This document shows, piece after piece, positions 19,822 through 28,942 of a stretch of 64,000 nt of DNA (positions within the stretch are counted from its first letter, which is position 1; every line of letters starts with the position of its first letter). Position numbers and translations under genes: made by a program. The stretch comes from Alphaproteobacteria bacterium (GTDB taxonomy: Bacteria; Pseudomonadota; Alphaproteobacteria; GCA-2731375). The notes below the pieces were generated by a model. That model did not search any database and had not been told where the DNA came from. It was given only the letters and a program-made list of their open reading frames with translations. The stretch lies in contig JASMDX010000075.1 of the NCBI GenBank assembly GCA_030752605.1, positions 17,086 through 81,085 on the forward strand, given 5' to 3'.

Positions 19822-20580
19822 TTATCCCTGTACCGCTGGTGTTTTCGAGGCGCGGCGGCGGCGTGATGAACCGCTCCGCGCCATGCTCTGGTGCAGATGA
19901 TCAACGGCGGCGGTTTGCGTCTCGATCCGTTCCATGGCGGGTTGCAACAGCGCATCCTGCAGCATGGCCATGTCGGCTCCGGCCCGGCGCGCCAATCGCA
20001 AGGCGACTTTGGCGGCCCGCCGCGCGGGCCGCGCCAAAGGGCCGGCCCGGACCAGGATATCGTCGATAATGTCGATTTCCTCGCCATCGACGGCGTTGCG
20101 CAGGGCTACCACGGCCTCCGTATCACCCTCGATCAACAGGCGGCGGGAAAAAAACAGCGCATCGCCGTCAACCCGGCCTTCCAGAAGATCGATCAGGGCC
20201 AGGAGAGAGCCGTGTATGGCCGCCGTGGCGCGGGACACATCAGCTTCGCGGGCAATGGTTAGCTTTGGTTGTTCGGCATCCGCTTTCAGCAGAAAGCGGA
20301 TCGGCAGATCGACGGGATCGATCAGGAATATCGTGTCGGCATGGCTGTCCAGGCGTTCAAACATTCCTGGATGCTGCTTGGTGACGGACGCCATCACGGC
20401 GCGCAGGAGGGGCCGCAGCACTACGTTGGGGATTGGTGCCAGCAACAAACCACCCAACAGCACTGGCGAAAAGGGCGGAACCATGCTTGCCCGGCCCGCG
20501 CTTATGGCGCCTTTGCCCCCTTGTTCAGGGCTATCCTGAGAGTCATTCAAAATATCGGTCATAGCGGTCAAATTTACCAT
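19822..20580 (-). CDS. ubiT: SCP2-domain protein UbiT (start uncertain)
   Basis: …LFFSRRLLIEGDTEAVVALRNAV… SCP2 signature as in YhbT/UbiT. Directly upstream of ubiU. Alternative starts at 20562 and 20484. Confidence 0.75.
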   Translation of the reverse strand: MVNLTAMTDILNDSQDSPEQGGKGAISAGRASMVPPFSPVLLGGLLLAPIPNVVLRPLLRAVMASVTKQHPGMFERLDSHADTIFLIDPVDLPIRFLLKADAEQPKLTIAREADVSRATAAIHGSLLALIDLLEGRVDGDALFFSRRLLIEGDTEAVVALRNAVDGEEIDIIDDILVRAGPLARPARRAAKVALRLARRAGADMAMLQDALLQPAMERIETQTAAVDHLHQSMARSGSSRRRRASKTPAVQG

Positions 20581-20674
20581 GCCAGCCAGCCCTGCTCCAT
20601 GCTGCTGCCCCTATGGCCCTGCGGCATAATGCCGCGACGCTGGGGCCAATCGCGGCCTATCCTCATATAATAGC

Positions 20675-20706
20675 GCCCTATTTGAAGCGTGCCATCCGAT
20701 AGGGCG
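20675..20706 (-). terminator. putative intrinsic terminator (stem CGCCCTAT/ATAGGGCG followed by UAUUAUAU) at the 3' end of the seven-gene operon
   Basis: 8-9 bp inverted repeat overlapping the oxidoreductase stop codon. A U-rich tract follows on the minus strand. The loop is long (17 nt), so confidence is moderate. Confidence 0.35.
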
Positions 20707-21931
20707 TCAGATCCACATCGGTAGGTTCACCGGCGACCAGCGCGGCGGTAATGCGGCCAGTGTTTGGCGCCATGCCGAAACCGTAGTGGCTGTGGCCAAA
20801 GGCGGCAAACAGGTCACGCTGGCCCGGCACCGTGCCGATGCAGGGCAGGCTATCTGGGAACGATGGGCGGCTGCCCATCCATTCTACCGGGTCGTCGGTG
20901 TTGATGTCGGGGAACAGCCGTTTCGCCAGGCCCTTGAAAATTTCAGCCCGACGATAGTTAGGCGCGGCATCAAGGCCGGCGAATTCGGCGGTGCCGGCAC
21001 AGCGCACCCCGGCCAGCATGGAAGAGGCTACGAATTTGCTCTCCGTATCCATGATGGAATTATTAACCGTGATGCCCGGCTGTTGCAGGATCAGATGATA
21101 GCCGCGTTCGGCCTCCAGCGGCAGATTTAGGCCCGATTGCTCTAGCAGCGGCGCAAGCAGGCGTGCCGACCAGGCGCCGGCGGCGATGACCACTTTGTCG
21201 CTGGTAATTTCGCCATCATCCGTCTGCAGCCGCCAGCCACCGCTTTCTTGTGGCGCGATCCGGTTAACGCCGGTCTGCCTGAACACCGCTCCCATATCCT
21301 GGGCCTTGGCGACCAGGGCCTTGCCAACGCCACCGGGTGAAAGGGCACGGGCCTGCGACTTGATCAATACCGCCGCTTTGTAGCGGGGCGACAGCGCGGG
21401 TTCAAGCTCATGGAGTGCGCCATCGTCAACGACCTCCAACGGCACATCGCGGTCCAGGCGCAGTTGCCAGCCCAACTGCTTCAGGTCAATCTCGGCTGGA
21501 TCACGGTAGATATGAACGTAGAAACTATCGCTGATCAGATGCTCCGAACCGGTACCCTGCAAAAGCTGGCGGTAAAGTTCGATATTGGGCCGGTTCAAGG
21601 CTTTCATGGCGTCGGCGATTTGGGGTAACTCGGCGACATTGCCGGCGCGCAGGAATTTTATGGCCCAGGGCAGGAACGAGGGTAGATAAGGCCAACGCAG
21701 TGCGATAGGACCTTCGGGATCCAACAGCCAGCGCGGTACGCTGCGCCACAGCCCCGGCATGGACTGCGGCACGCAGGTCCAGGGCGACACCACCCCGGCG
21801 TTGCCGTGGCTGGCCCCCTCCGCCGGCGGATCACGGTCGACGACCTCGACCGCCAGGCCTTTTTCGCGCAGATATACGGCGGTACAGATGCCGACAATGC
21901 CGGCGCCTACGATCGTAACCTGCTTAGCCAT
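20678..21931 (-). CDS. FAD-dependent oxidoreductase (DadA/D-amino-acid dehydrogenase-like)
   Basis: MAKQVTIVGAGIVGICTAVYLREKGLAVEVVDRD Rossmann GxGxxG. 417 aa, DAO-family length. Confidence 0.75.
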   Translation of the reverse strand: MAKQVTIVGAGIVGICTAVYLREKGLAVEVVDRDPPAEGASHGNAGVVSPWTCVPQSMPGLWRSVPRWLLDPEGPIALRWPYLPSFLPWAIKFLRAGNVAELPQIADAMKALNRPNIELYRQLLQGTGSEHLISDSFYVHIYRDPAEIDLKQLGWQLRLDRDVPLEVVDDGALHELEPALSPRYKAAVLIKSQARALSPGGVGKALVAKAQDMGAVFRQTGVNRIAPQESGGWRLQTDDGEITSDKVVIAAGAWSARLLAPLLEQSGLNLPLEAERGYHLILQQPGITVNNSIMDTESKFVASSMLAGVRCAGTAEFAGLDAAPNYRRAEIFKGLAKRLFPDINTDDPVEWMGSRPSFPDSLPCIGTVPGQRDLFAAFGHSHYGFGMAPNTGRITAALVAGEPTDVDLTPYRMARFK

Positions 21932-21951
21932 CGGCGACCATCCCTATTCTC

Positions 21952-23526
21952 TTATATCGCGACTTCAATCAGATACGGTCCTTCGCTATGCAGGCCGCTA
22001 TCAAAGGCCGTGGCCAGTTCCTCCGCCGTGGTTACCCGCGATGCCTCCACGCCCATGCCCTTGGCCATTTGCACCCAATCCAGGTTGGGCCGGTCGATGG
22101 ACAGCATATCCACCGCACGGGGGCCGGGGTTGAGCACGCCCACATTTGTCAATTCGCCACGCAGGATATTGTAGGTGCCGTTGGCGAAGAGCAACACGGT
22201 GACATCGAGATTTTCCCGCGCCATGGTCCACAGGGATTGCACCGTGTACATACAACTCCCATCGCCTTCCAGGGCGATGACCTTGCGGTCCGGGCAGGCG
22301 ATGGCGGCGCCGACGGCGACAGGCAGGCCGTAGCCGATGGAGCCGCCCCGGTTGTTGATCCAGTCATGCGGTGGCGCGCCGGCGGTTGTGGGGAAGAATT
22401 CCCGCCCCGTGGTGACGCTTTCATCGACCACGATGGCGCCCTCGGGCACCATGGCGCCCAGCACGGCGGCAATAGCGGCGGGCGTGATCTCGCCCGTGGG
22501 CAGGGCCGGACGATGCGGTGCCGCAACGCCGGCGGGCTCCATATCCAGGCAGTCCAGTTCAATGGCCAAGGCTTCCAGGGCGGCTTCCATATCCTCATCC
22601 GTACCGGCCAACAACGTGGATTTGGCATCCGGGTCCACCAACAGAGAGGGCTTGTCGGGATATGCGAAAAAAGCAACCGGCTCCCGCGCGCCGACCATCA
22701 CCAGATCACCGGCTTTTTTCATGACTTCAAGCGCCAGTTCCACCACATAGGGCACGCGGTTGACCTGTACCCGGCCCGCACCCCTTTCCAGGCGGGTATT
22801 GGCGCCTTCGGTCAGGATGCCGCAACCGGTCTTGGCGGCGATCCGGCCCGCCAGGTTCAGGCTGCGCTCGCGCAGGGCTGCGCCGCCCATCAATAAAGTG
22901 GCATTATCGGAGGTGCGCAGCAGATCGGCGGCGGCCTTGACCGCATCGTCGGATACTTTGGGTGGCGCGCTGGGCGCCGTGGTTACGGCGACTTCGTCCG
23001 CCGGCCCCCAGGCGGTATCGGCGGGCAGGATCAGGGTGGCGATCTGTCCCGGTGTCTGGGTCGCCGCCTCGATCGCCAAGGCGCCGTCGCCGGCGATGGT
23101 CTTGGAGGTCGGCGATGTCTTGACCCAATGGGACATGGACGCTGCCGTGCCCTCGATGTCGGCGGTCAGGGGCGCATCGTACTTAATGTGATAGGTGGCA
23201 TGTTCGCCGACGATATTGACGACGGCGGAGTCCGCCTTCTTGGCGTTATGCAGGTTGGCCAAACCATTGGCCAGGCCGGGCGCCAAATGCAGCAGGGTCG
23301 ATGCCGGCTTGCCCAGCATGCGGTAATAGCCGTCGGCGGCGCCGGTCACCACGCCCTCGAACAGGCCCAGGACGCAACGCATGCCCGGTACCTTGTCCAG
23401 GGCGGCGACGAAATGCATCTCGGATGTACCCGGATTGGTGAAGCAGACCGTGACGCCGCCGTCGATCAGGGTGCGGACCAGGCTTTCGGCGCCATTCATT
23501 TCATCGGAATTTATCTCGTTACTCAT
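21952..23526 (-). CDS. thiamine-pyrophosphate enzyme, acetolactate-synthase-like (POX/ALS family)
   Basis: 524 aa. Pyr domain N-terminus. TPP motif …ALEGDGSCMYTVQSLWTMARENLDVTVLLFANGTYN (GDG-X24-N). Confidence 0.75.
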   Translation of the reverse strand: MSNEINSDEMNGAESLVRTLIDGGVTVCFTNPGTSEMHFVAALDKVPGMRCVLGLFEGVVTGAADGYYRMLGKPASTLLHLAPGLANGLANLHNAKKADSAVVNIVGEHATYHIKYDAPLTADIEGTAASMSHWVKTSPTSKTIAGDGALAIEAATQTPGQIATLILPADTAWGPADEVAVTTAPSAPPKVSDDAVKAAADLLRTSDNATLLMGGAALRERSLNLAGRIAAKTGCGILTEGANTRLERGAGRVQVNRVPYVVELALEVMKKAGDLVMVGAREPVAFFAYPDKPSLLVDPDAKSTLLAGTDEDMEAALEALAIELDCLDMEPAGVAAPHRPALPTGEITPAAIAAVLGAMVPEGAIVVDESVTTGREFFPTTAGAPPHDWINNRGGSIGYGLPVAVGAAIACPDRKVIALEGDGSCMYTVQSLWTMARENLDVTVLLFANGTYNILRGELTNVGVLNPGPRAVDMLSIDRPNLDWVQMAKGMGVEASRVTTAEELATAFDSGLHSEGPYLIEVAI

Positions 23527-23558
23527 TGGTAGATGTCTCCTAGATGCATATTCAGTTC

Positions 23559-25292
23559 TCAGCTGGCGCGCAGCCTGACCGTGGCGGCTTCGTCCACTGA
23601 CTTACCATCCCCGCTTAGCTTAACGCCATAAATCTCTTCGCCGGCCTGTAGGCTGACGACGCCGTCGCGGATATCGCGTAGCACCCGCCATGGCTCCCGC
23701 TGTTTCGGATCGCCCCAGCCACCGCCGCCTGGTGATGAGGCGCGCAGGGTCAGGGGGCCGAAATGGCGGACGGCGTACTTCGGTGGCGTTTCTCTACCGC
23801 CATGGGCAAACGATACTTCCATGTCGCCGGGCTGGCCCGCGGCCCCGCCCGCGGCCCCGAAGCAGGACGTGTTGTACAGTCCCTCGCCGCGAAAGGCGTA
23901 TTCGGCATCGACATTGATCTCAACCTCGAAATCGGCGCCGGTGCCGCCGCGATAGGCGCCGGAGCCGGCGGCATCGGTGCGGAATTCCTGCCGTTTGAAC
24001 AGCACGGGATAGAGTTGCTCGTATGTTTCCACATTGGGCAACACCAGGCCGCCCAGGGCGATCAGATGGCCGATCTGGTTGAAACCGTCGCGGCCTTCGA
24101 CGCCGCCGCCGCCAGGCGCGGAATTCCATTGATACATCACGAATGGGCTCTCTCCGCCTGTCCTGCCTGATGTGGTGCCATGTATGGCCTTGCCCCAACC
24201 GGCGCAGCTGCGTTCGGGCACCGCCTGGTTCAGGGTTTTCCAGATCACATGTACGATCTCGTGCGCGACGAAGACCGTGTTCATGGTCATGGCGGCGGGC
24301 GGTCTGGCATTGATGATGGTGCCTTCGGGCGCGATGATGGTCACCGTGCGGAAGGTGCCTTCGTTGCGTGGCAGATCCGGGTCGAAGTACGAGGCCAAGG
24401 CCATGTAGACAGCGGACCAGGTGTTGGCGACGGAGGAATTCTTGAAGCCTTTGACCTGTGGCGCGGTGCCGGTGAAATCAACCTCCAAGGCCTCACCCTT
24501 GACGCTCAGGCGCACCCGAATGGCATCATCAACAGGCTCAAAGCAGTCGTTGTCGATGGCTTCTTCGGCGTGGTAGTTGCCGTCGGGCATGGCGGCGACA
24601 CAGCGGCGGAAGCTGCGGTCGGCATGTTCCAGGATGCCTTCGAAATAGTCCCGGTATTGCGTCATGCCAAGCTCTTCCACTAGGGCGGCGATGCGGTCGG
24701 CGCCGATCTTGGTGGAGCCGATCATGGCCCGTAGATCGCCATCCAGGGCCTCCGCCGTGCGCGTGTTGATCATCACCAGGCGCCAGATGTCCTGGCGCGT
24801 CTCGCCCTTGGCGATCAGTTTCATCACCGGCAGGCGGATGCCTTCGTGAAAAATCTCACGGGCTTCGGAATTGTAGGTCCCCGCCGCGCCGCCGCCAATA
24901 TCGGCTTGGTGGGCCCGGTTGCAGGCAAAGGCAACCAACTCGCCGCCAACAAATACCGGCCGGGCGATAACCCAGTCGGGCAGATGGTTGCCGCCCGCCG
25001 TGTAGGGATCGTTCAACAAAAAGACATCGCCATCATCGATATCACCGGCGAAATCCCGCAACAGGGCGCGCACGGCGAAACCGCCACCTCCCGTATGGAT
25101 GGGAATGCCGTCGGCCTGGCTGACCAGGGTGCCGTCGGGATCGGCGATGAAGCAGGAGAAATCGTGGCTTTGCGAGAAAATCGGGCTGCGCGCGGTCCGC
25201 GTCATGACCCAGCCCATCTGCCGCGATATATGATCCAAACGGTTCTGCACCAGGGCCAGGACGATCGGATCGAGACTGTCTTGACTGTTCAT
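23559..25292 (-). CDS. hyuB: hydantoinase B/oxoprolinase family protein
   Basis: 577 aa. …LDPIVLALVQNRLDHISRQMG…FSCFIADPDGTLVSQA… typical HyuB. 1-bp gap to hyuA. Confidence 0.85.
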   Translation of the reverse strand: MNSQDSLDPIVLALVQNRLDHISRQMGWVMTRTARSPIFSQSHDFSCFIADPDGTLVSQADGIPIHTGGGGFAVRALLRDFAGDIDDGDVFLLNDPYTAGGNHLPDWVIARPVFVGGELVAFACNRAHQADIGGGAAGTYNSEAREIFHEGIRLPVMKLIAKGETRQDIWRLVMINTRTAEALDGDLRAMIGSTKIGADRIAALVEELGMTQYRDYFEGILEHADRSFRRCVAAMPDGNYHAEEAIDNDCFEPVDDAIRVRLSVKGEALEVDFTGTAPQVKGFKNSSVANTWSAVYMALASYFDPDLPRNEGTFRTVTIIAPEGTIINARPPAAMTMNTVFVAHEIVHVIWKTLNQAVPERSCAGWGKAIHGTTSGRTGGESPFVMYQWNSAPGGGGVEGRDGFNQIGHLIALGGLVLPNVETYEQLYPVLFKRQEFRTDAAGSGAYRGGTGADFEVEINVDAEYAFRGEGLYNTSCFGAAGGAAGQPGDMEVSFAHGGRETPPKYAVRHFGPLTLRASSPGGGGWGDPKQREPWRVLRDIRDGVVSLQAGEEIYGVKLSGDGKSVDEAATVRLRAS

Positions 25293-25293
25293 A

Positions 25294-27369
25294 TCAATTC
25301 TCCGCCCCGTCGATTTCGATCAGGAAATTATCCGCTGCGTCCACCGACAAGCGGTCTTTCGGTCCGACAAACACCGTCGTGGTCAGCTCCTCCACCAGCA
25401 GCGGGCCGTCCCGGCAAAAGCCTGGCCGCAGATCGGCGCCGGTATAGACAGGCGTCTCCTGCCAGCCATGCCTGCCGTCCGTAAAGACTTGGCGCAGCGC
25501 GGTGGGTTCGGGCCGTTTATCCGATGGCTCAGCTGATATCGGATCCGTGACATCGATCAAGCCACGTGCGGTGACACGCAGGGCGGTGATCTCGATGGTG
25601 CCGCCCGGCTGGGTGTGGCCGTACTGCCGTTGATGATCCGCATCGAAGGAAACTCGAACGGCGCCTGGGTCGAAGCTGTCATCGGACAAGGCGACGCGGA
25701 TCGACCACAACTGGCCGCGATAGCGTAAGTCCAATTCCCGCTGCACTATCGCCTTGTCGCCGCTGAATCCTTCGGCGGCCAGCGCGGCCTGCGCCCGATC
25801 AGCCAGGGGCTCGAAAGCCTGTTGCAAGGTGGTGCCGTCGACGCTGTCCAGATTGTCGAAATGCACGGCCAGATAATCCTGGCGAATGTCCGTGTGCAAC
25901 ATGCCCAGGGCGCAAAAGGCGCCCGCCTGGCGCGGCACATAAGCCTGGCCGCAGCCCAACGAGCGGGCCACGGAGGCGCCATGCATGGGCCCGGCGCCGC
26001 CAGCGGCTACCAGAGTGAAGCGGCGCGGATCGTGGCCCCGCTGGATCGAGATATGCTCCACCGCATGCAGCAGGTTCTGTTCCAACAGGCGGATGATGCC
26101 TGCTGCCGCTTCTTCGACCCGAATTCCCAAAGGGGCCGCGATCTTGCTCTCGATAGCCTGCCACGCCAGCTTGTCGTCCAAGGTCACGCTGCCGCCCGCA
26201 TAGGGACCGGGGCGCAGGCGGCCCAGAACCATATAGGCGTCGGTGACGGTTGGCTGATCGCCGCCCTGGCCATAACAGGCCGGGCCGGGCAGGGCACCCG
26301 CGCCCAGTGGGCCCACATGCAGCAAACCGGCCTCGTCCACATGGGCGATGGTGCCGCCGCCCGCACCCACGGTATGGATTTCCACCGAGGGCGTGGCCAG
26401 GTGATAGCCGTCGATGTTCAGCTCGTCCGTCACGCCGACCTGGCCTTCGCCCATCAGGGTAACATCGCAACTGGTGCCGCCGATCTCCATGGCGATCAGA
26501 TTGTTCGTGCTCGCCGCCCGGCTATAGAGGCCCAGGGCGCCGACGCCGGCGGCGGGACCCGAGAGCACCAGATTGACCGGCCGCTCCGAGACCTGTTCGA
26601 CGGACACCGCGCCGCCGTTGCTTTGCAGCAATAAAATCGGCCGGGCCAAGCCGTTATCGCGTAAATGGCTGTCCAGATCCCTTAGGTAACCGACCACATT
26701 CGGTGCGATGTAGGCATTGACCACGGTGGTCGAGGTGCGTTCGTACTCCCCCATGATCGGGGCGATGCGGCTGGATAGCGAGACCCAGGGAAATGCTTCC
26801 AGGTGTTTCGCCACCGCATCCTCGTGCGCCGGATTGCCATAGCTGTTCAGCAAGGCAACGGCGATGGCGTCCACCTCTTCCTCGGCAAAGACCGCCATCG
26901 CCGCATCAACGTCGCTCAATGCGATGGACGCCAGTTCGACACCGTTCTTGTCCAGGCGGCCAGCCACGGGTTGGCGGAGATAACGCGGCACCAAAACGTC
27001 GGGAAAAGGTGCGCGGTGATCCCACATGTTCTCCCGTATACCACGGCGTACTTCCAGGCTGTCGCGGAAGCCGGTGGTGGTCAGCAGGCCGACCTTGGCG
27101 CCTTTCTTTTCTAGAATGGTGTTCGTAGCGACGGTGGATCCATGAAAAAACAAAGCGCAATTGCCAAGTAAATCAGACAGTTCGATCGACAACTGGTCCG
27201 CCGCCCGCGCCAGCACCGACATGACACCCTGGCTGGGATCGGCGGGCACGGAGGGCGCCTTGAACACCCACAGGGAGCCGGTTTGATCGCGCAGCACCAT
27301 GTCCGTGAAGGTGCCGCCCACATCGACGCCGATGCGCCAAGGTGCTGCTGGTTGCGCGCCGCTCACCAC
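25294..27369 (-). CDS. hyuA: hydantoinase A/oxoprolinase family protein
   Basis: 691 aa. WRIGVDVGGTFTDMVL ATPase motif, …GGTSCDV… GTG start overlapping the upstream TGA (GTGA). Confidence 0.85.
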   Translation of the reverse strand: MVSGAQPAAPWRIGVDVGGTFTDMVLRDQTGSLWVFKAPSVPADPSQGVMSVLARAADQLSIELSDLLGNCALFFHGSTVATNTILEKKGAKVGLLTTTGFRDSLEVRRGIRENMWDHRAPFPDVLVPRYLRQPVAGRLDKNGVELASIALSDVDAAMAVFAEEEVDAIAVALLNSYGNPAHEDAVAKHLEAFPWVSLSSRIAPIMGEYERTSTTVVNAYIAPNVVGYLRDLDSHLRDNGLARPILLLQSNGGAVSVEQVSERPVNLVLSGPAAGVGALGLYSRAASTNNLIAMEIGGTSCDVTLMGEGQVGVTDELNIDGYHLATPSVEIHTVGAGGGTIAHVDEAGLLHVGPLGAGALPGPACYGQGGDQPTVTDAYMVLGRLRPGPYAGGSVTLDDKLAWQAIESKIAAPLGIRVEEAAAGIIRLLEQNLLHAVEHISIQRGHDPRRFTLVAAGGAGPMHGASVARSLGCGQAYVPRQAGAFCALGMLHTDIRQDYLAVHFDNLDSVDGTTLQQAFEPLADRAQAALAAEGFSGDKAIVQRELDLRYRGQLWSIRVALSDDSFDPGAVRVSFDADHQRQYGHTQPGGTIEITALRVTARGLIDVTDPISAEPSDKRPEPTALRQVFTDGRHGWQETPVYTGADLRPGFCRDGPLLVEELTTTVFVGPKDRLSVDAADNFLIEIDGAEN

Positions 27370-27767
27370 CGGGACGCCTTGTCTTGGATCGAAACGTGGG
27401 CCGCGACGACCTTCCAGCCCAGATCGGGAAACTTCACCCAGGTTTGCGATTGCCGGCCCACTTCGTCCTGACCGCGGACCTTGAATTCCAGGTTCACGGT
27501 GGCGAAACTGTCGCCCAGGGTGAGGATTTCCAGGCGACGGCGCACTTCCTTGATGCCGGGACCTGGCGCGCGCGAGGTTCGGTGTTTATGGATCTCGTCG
27601 AAACCATAGCCGTTTTCGTGCATGGCATAGCGAATTGTCTTGGTGCTGTCCCAAAAGGTGTTGTCCAGAACATTCACATCTTTGTCGATCAGGGCCTGTT
27701 CATATTCCTCGAACAGGGCAGTAATTTCCGCCACTACGTCCGGATCGTTTTCGACAAGTGTATTCAC
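27363..27767 (-). CDS. DUF3225 / NTF2-like protein (AtzH/HpxZ-like)
   Basis: ~134 aa from a GTG that overlaps the amidase TGA (GTGA). VNTLVENDPDVVAEITALFEEYEQALIDKDVNVLDNTFWDS… NTF2-like cone. The 183-aa ORF-track call is an over-extension into the amidase gene. Confidence 0.6.
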   Translation of the reverse strand: MNTLVENDPDVVAEITALFEEYEQALIDKDVNVLDNTFWDSTKTIRYAMHENGYGFDEIHKHRTSRAPGPGIKEVRRRLEILTLGDSFATVNLEFKVRGQDEVGRQSQTWVKFPDLGWKVVAAHVSIQDKASRW

Positions 27768-28942
27768 GCGGAATTCTCCATTGCTAGGGCTAGGGCAGTC
27801 AGTTGGGCGTCCGTGCCCCAGCGGCCAATGATCGACATGCCAACAGGCAGGCCATCGATAGTAGCGCCAGGGATCGATACTTGCGGTACCCCGGTCAGGC
27901 CGCCGTGAGTGCACAGACAGGCGATCTGCATGCGCAGAGGGTCGGTCTGGTTGATCGGCAGGCCCTTCATCGGTGCTGGAAATGGTGTCGTCGGAAGGCA
28001 GAGCACGGTGTTGGGCGGCAACAGATAATCCAGCCGGGTCCGAGCCTCCTGGCGCATCATGTTGGCCCAGTCGCGCTCGGCTTCGGGAATGGCGGCGGCG
28101 GTGGCTAGGCCGCGGGCGACGGAGTAAGCCATGGCCGGATTGGTTGTTTCCAGCCAGTCCTTGAAGGTCAGCCAGCCTTCATGGGATTGCAGGGTACGCT
28201 GCGCCCTGGCCCAGGTGCTCAGACCAGGCGGTGCCATGACCTCTTCTTCAATTGTTTCCACCAATTCGCCCAGGCGCTCGATAATGGGTAATAGGGCGGC
28301 ATGTAGCTTGCCGTCCGCGAAGCCGAAGGCATCCACCGCGACGATCAGGCGGTCCGGCAGTTCGGTTGGAATATCTTCCGCCAACATGACGGCGGATGCC
28401 CTGGCGAAGGTCTTGGCGTCGCGGGCGAACCAACCGGTCGTATCGGAACTGGGCGCTTGCGGCATCATACCGCCAAGCTCCAGCCGGCCATGGGTGGGGC
28501 GGATGCCGTATAGACCGCAGAAACTGGCTGGCACCCGAACCGAGCCGCCGGTATCCGTGCCCAGGGCGATGTCGCACATATCTGCGGCCACTGCCGCCGC
28601 CGAGCCGGCGGAGGAGCCACCCGGTACCCGGTCAGGCGCGGCACTGTTCACCGGCGTGCCATGAAAGACATTCTCGCCCAGGATGCCTAGGGAGACTTCA
28701 TCGGTAATCGCCTTGCCCACCAGATCGGCGCCGCCGTCCAGCAAAACCTGCACGGCCCAGGCGTGCCGCTTTGCCGGTTCATGGTTGCCCGGCCAGTCTG
28801 GATTGCCGCCGCCCGTGGGATGCCCAGCCACATCAAACAAATCCTTGGCCACGAAGGTCAGGCCCGATAGCGGCCCATTCGGTGCGCCTTCGATATGTAC
28901 CGACGAGCCTGGCACCAACGCGCCGACCGTGTCTTGCATCAT
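27764..28942 (-). CDS. amidase-signature family amidase (short form)
   Basis: …GGSSAGSAAAVAADMCDIALGTDTGGSVRVPASFCG… AS signature with the Ser-cisSer-Lys triad region. 392 aa. Start abuts the upstream stop with 0-bp gap. Confidence 0.8.
   Translation of the reverse strand: MMQDTVGALVPGSSVHIEGAPNGPLSGLTFVAKDLFDVAGHPTGGGNPDWPGNHEPAKRHAWAVQVLLDGGADLVGKAITDEVSLGILGENVFHGTPVNSAAPDRVPGGSSAGSAAAVAADMCDIALGTDTGGSVRVPASFCGLYGIRPTHGRLELGGMMPQAPSSDTTGWFARDAKTFARASAVMLAEDIPTELPDRLIVAVDAFGFADGKLHAALLPIIERLGELVETIEEEVMAPPGLSTWARAQRTLQSHEGWLTFKDWLETTNPAMAYSVARGLATAAAIPEAERDWANMMRQEARTRLDYLLPPNTVLCLPTTPFPAPMKGLPINQTDPLRMQIACLCTHGGLTGVPQVSIPGATIDGLPVGMSIIGRWGTDAQLTALALAMENSA

Noticed and set aside
25822-26634. 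270-aa plus-strand ORF (and several 60-220-aa ORFs) antisense to hyuA
   Set aside because: HyuA on the minus strand is full-length with the GGTFTD motif. The antisense ORFs are compositionally biased and lack start context.
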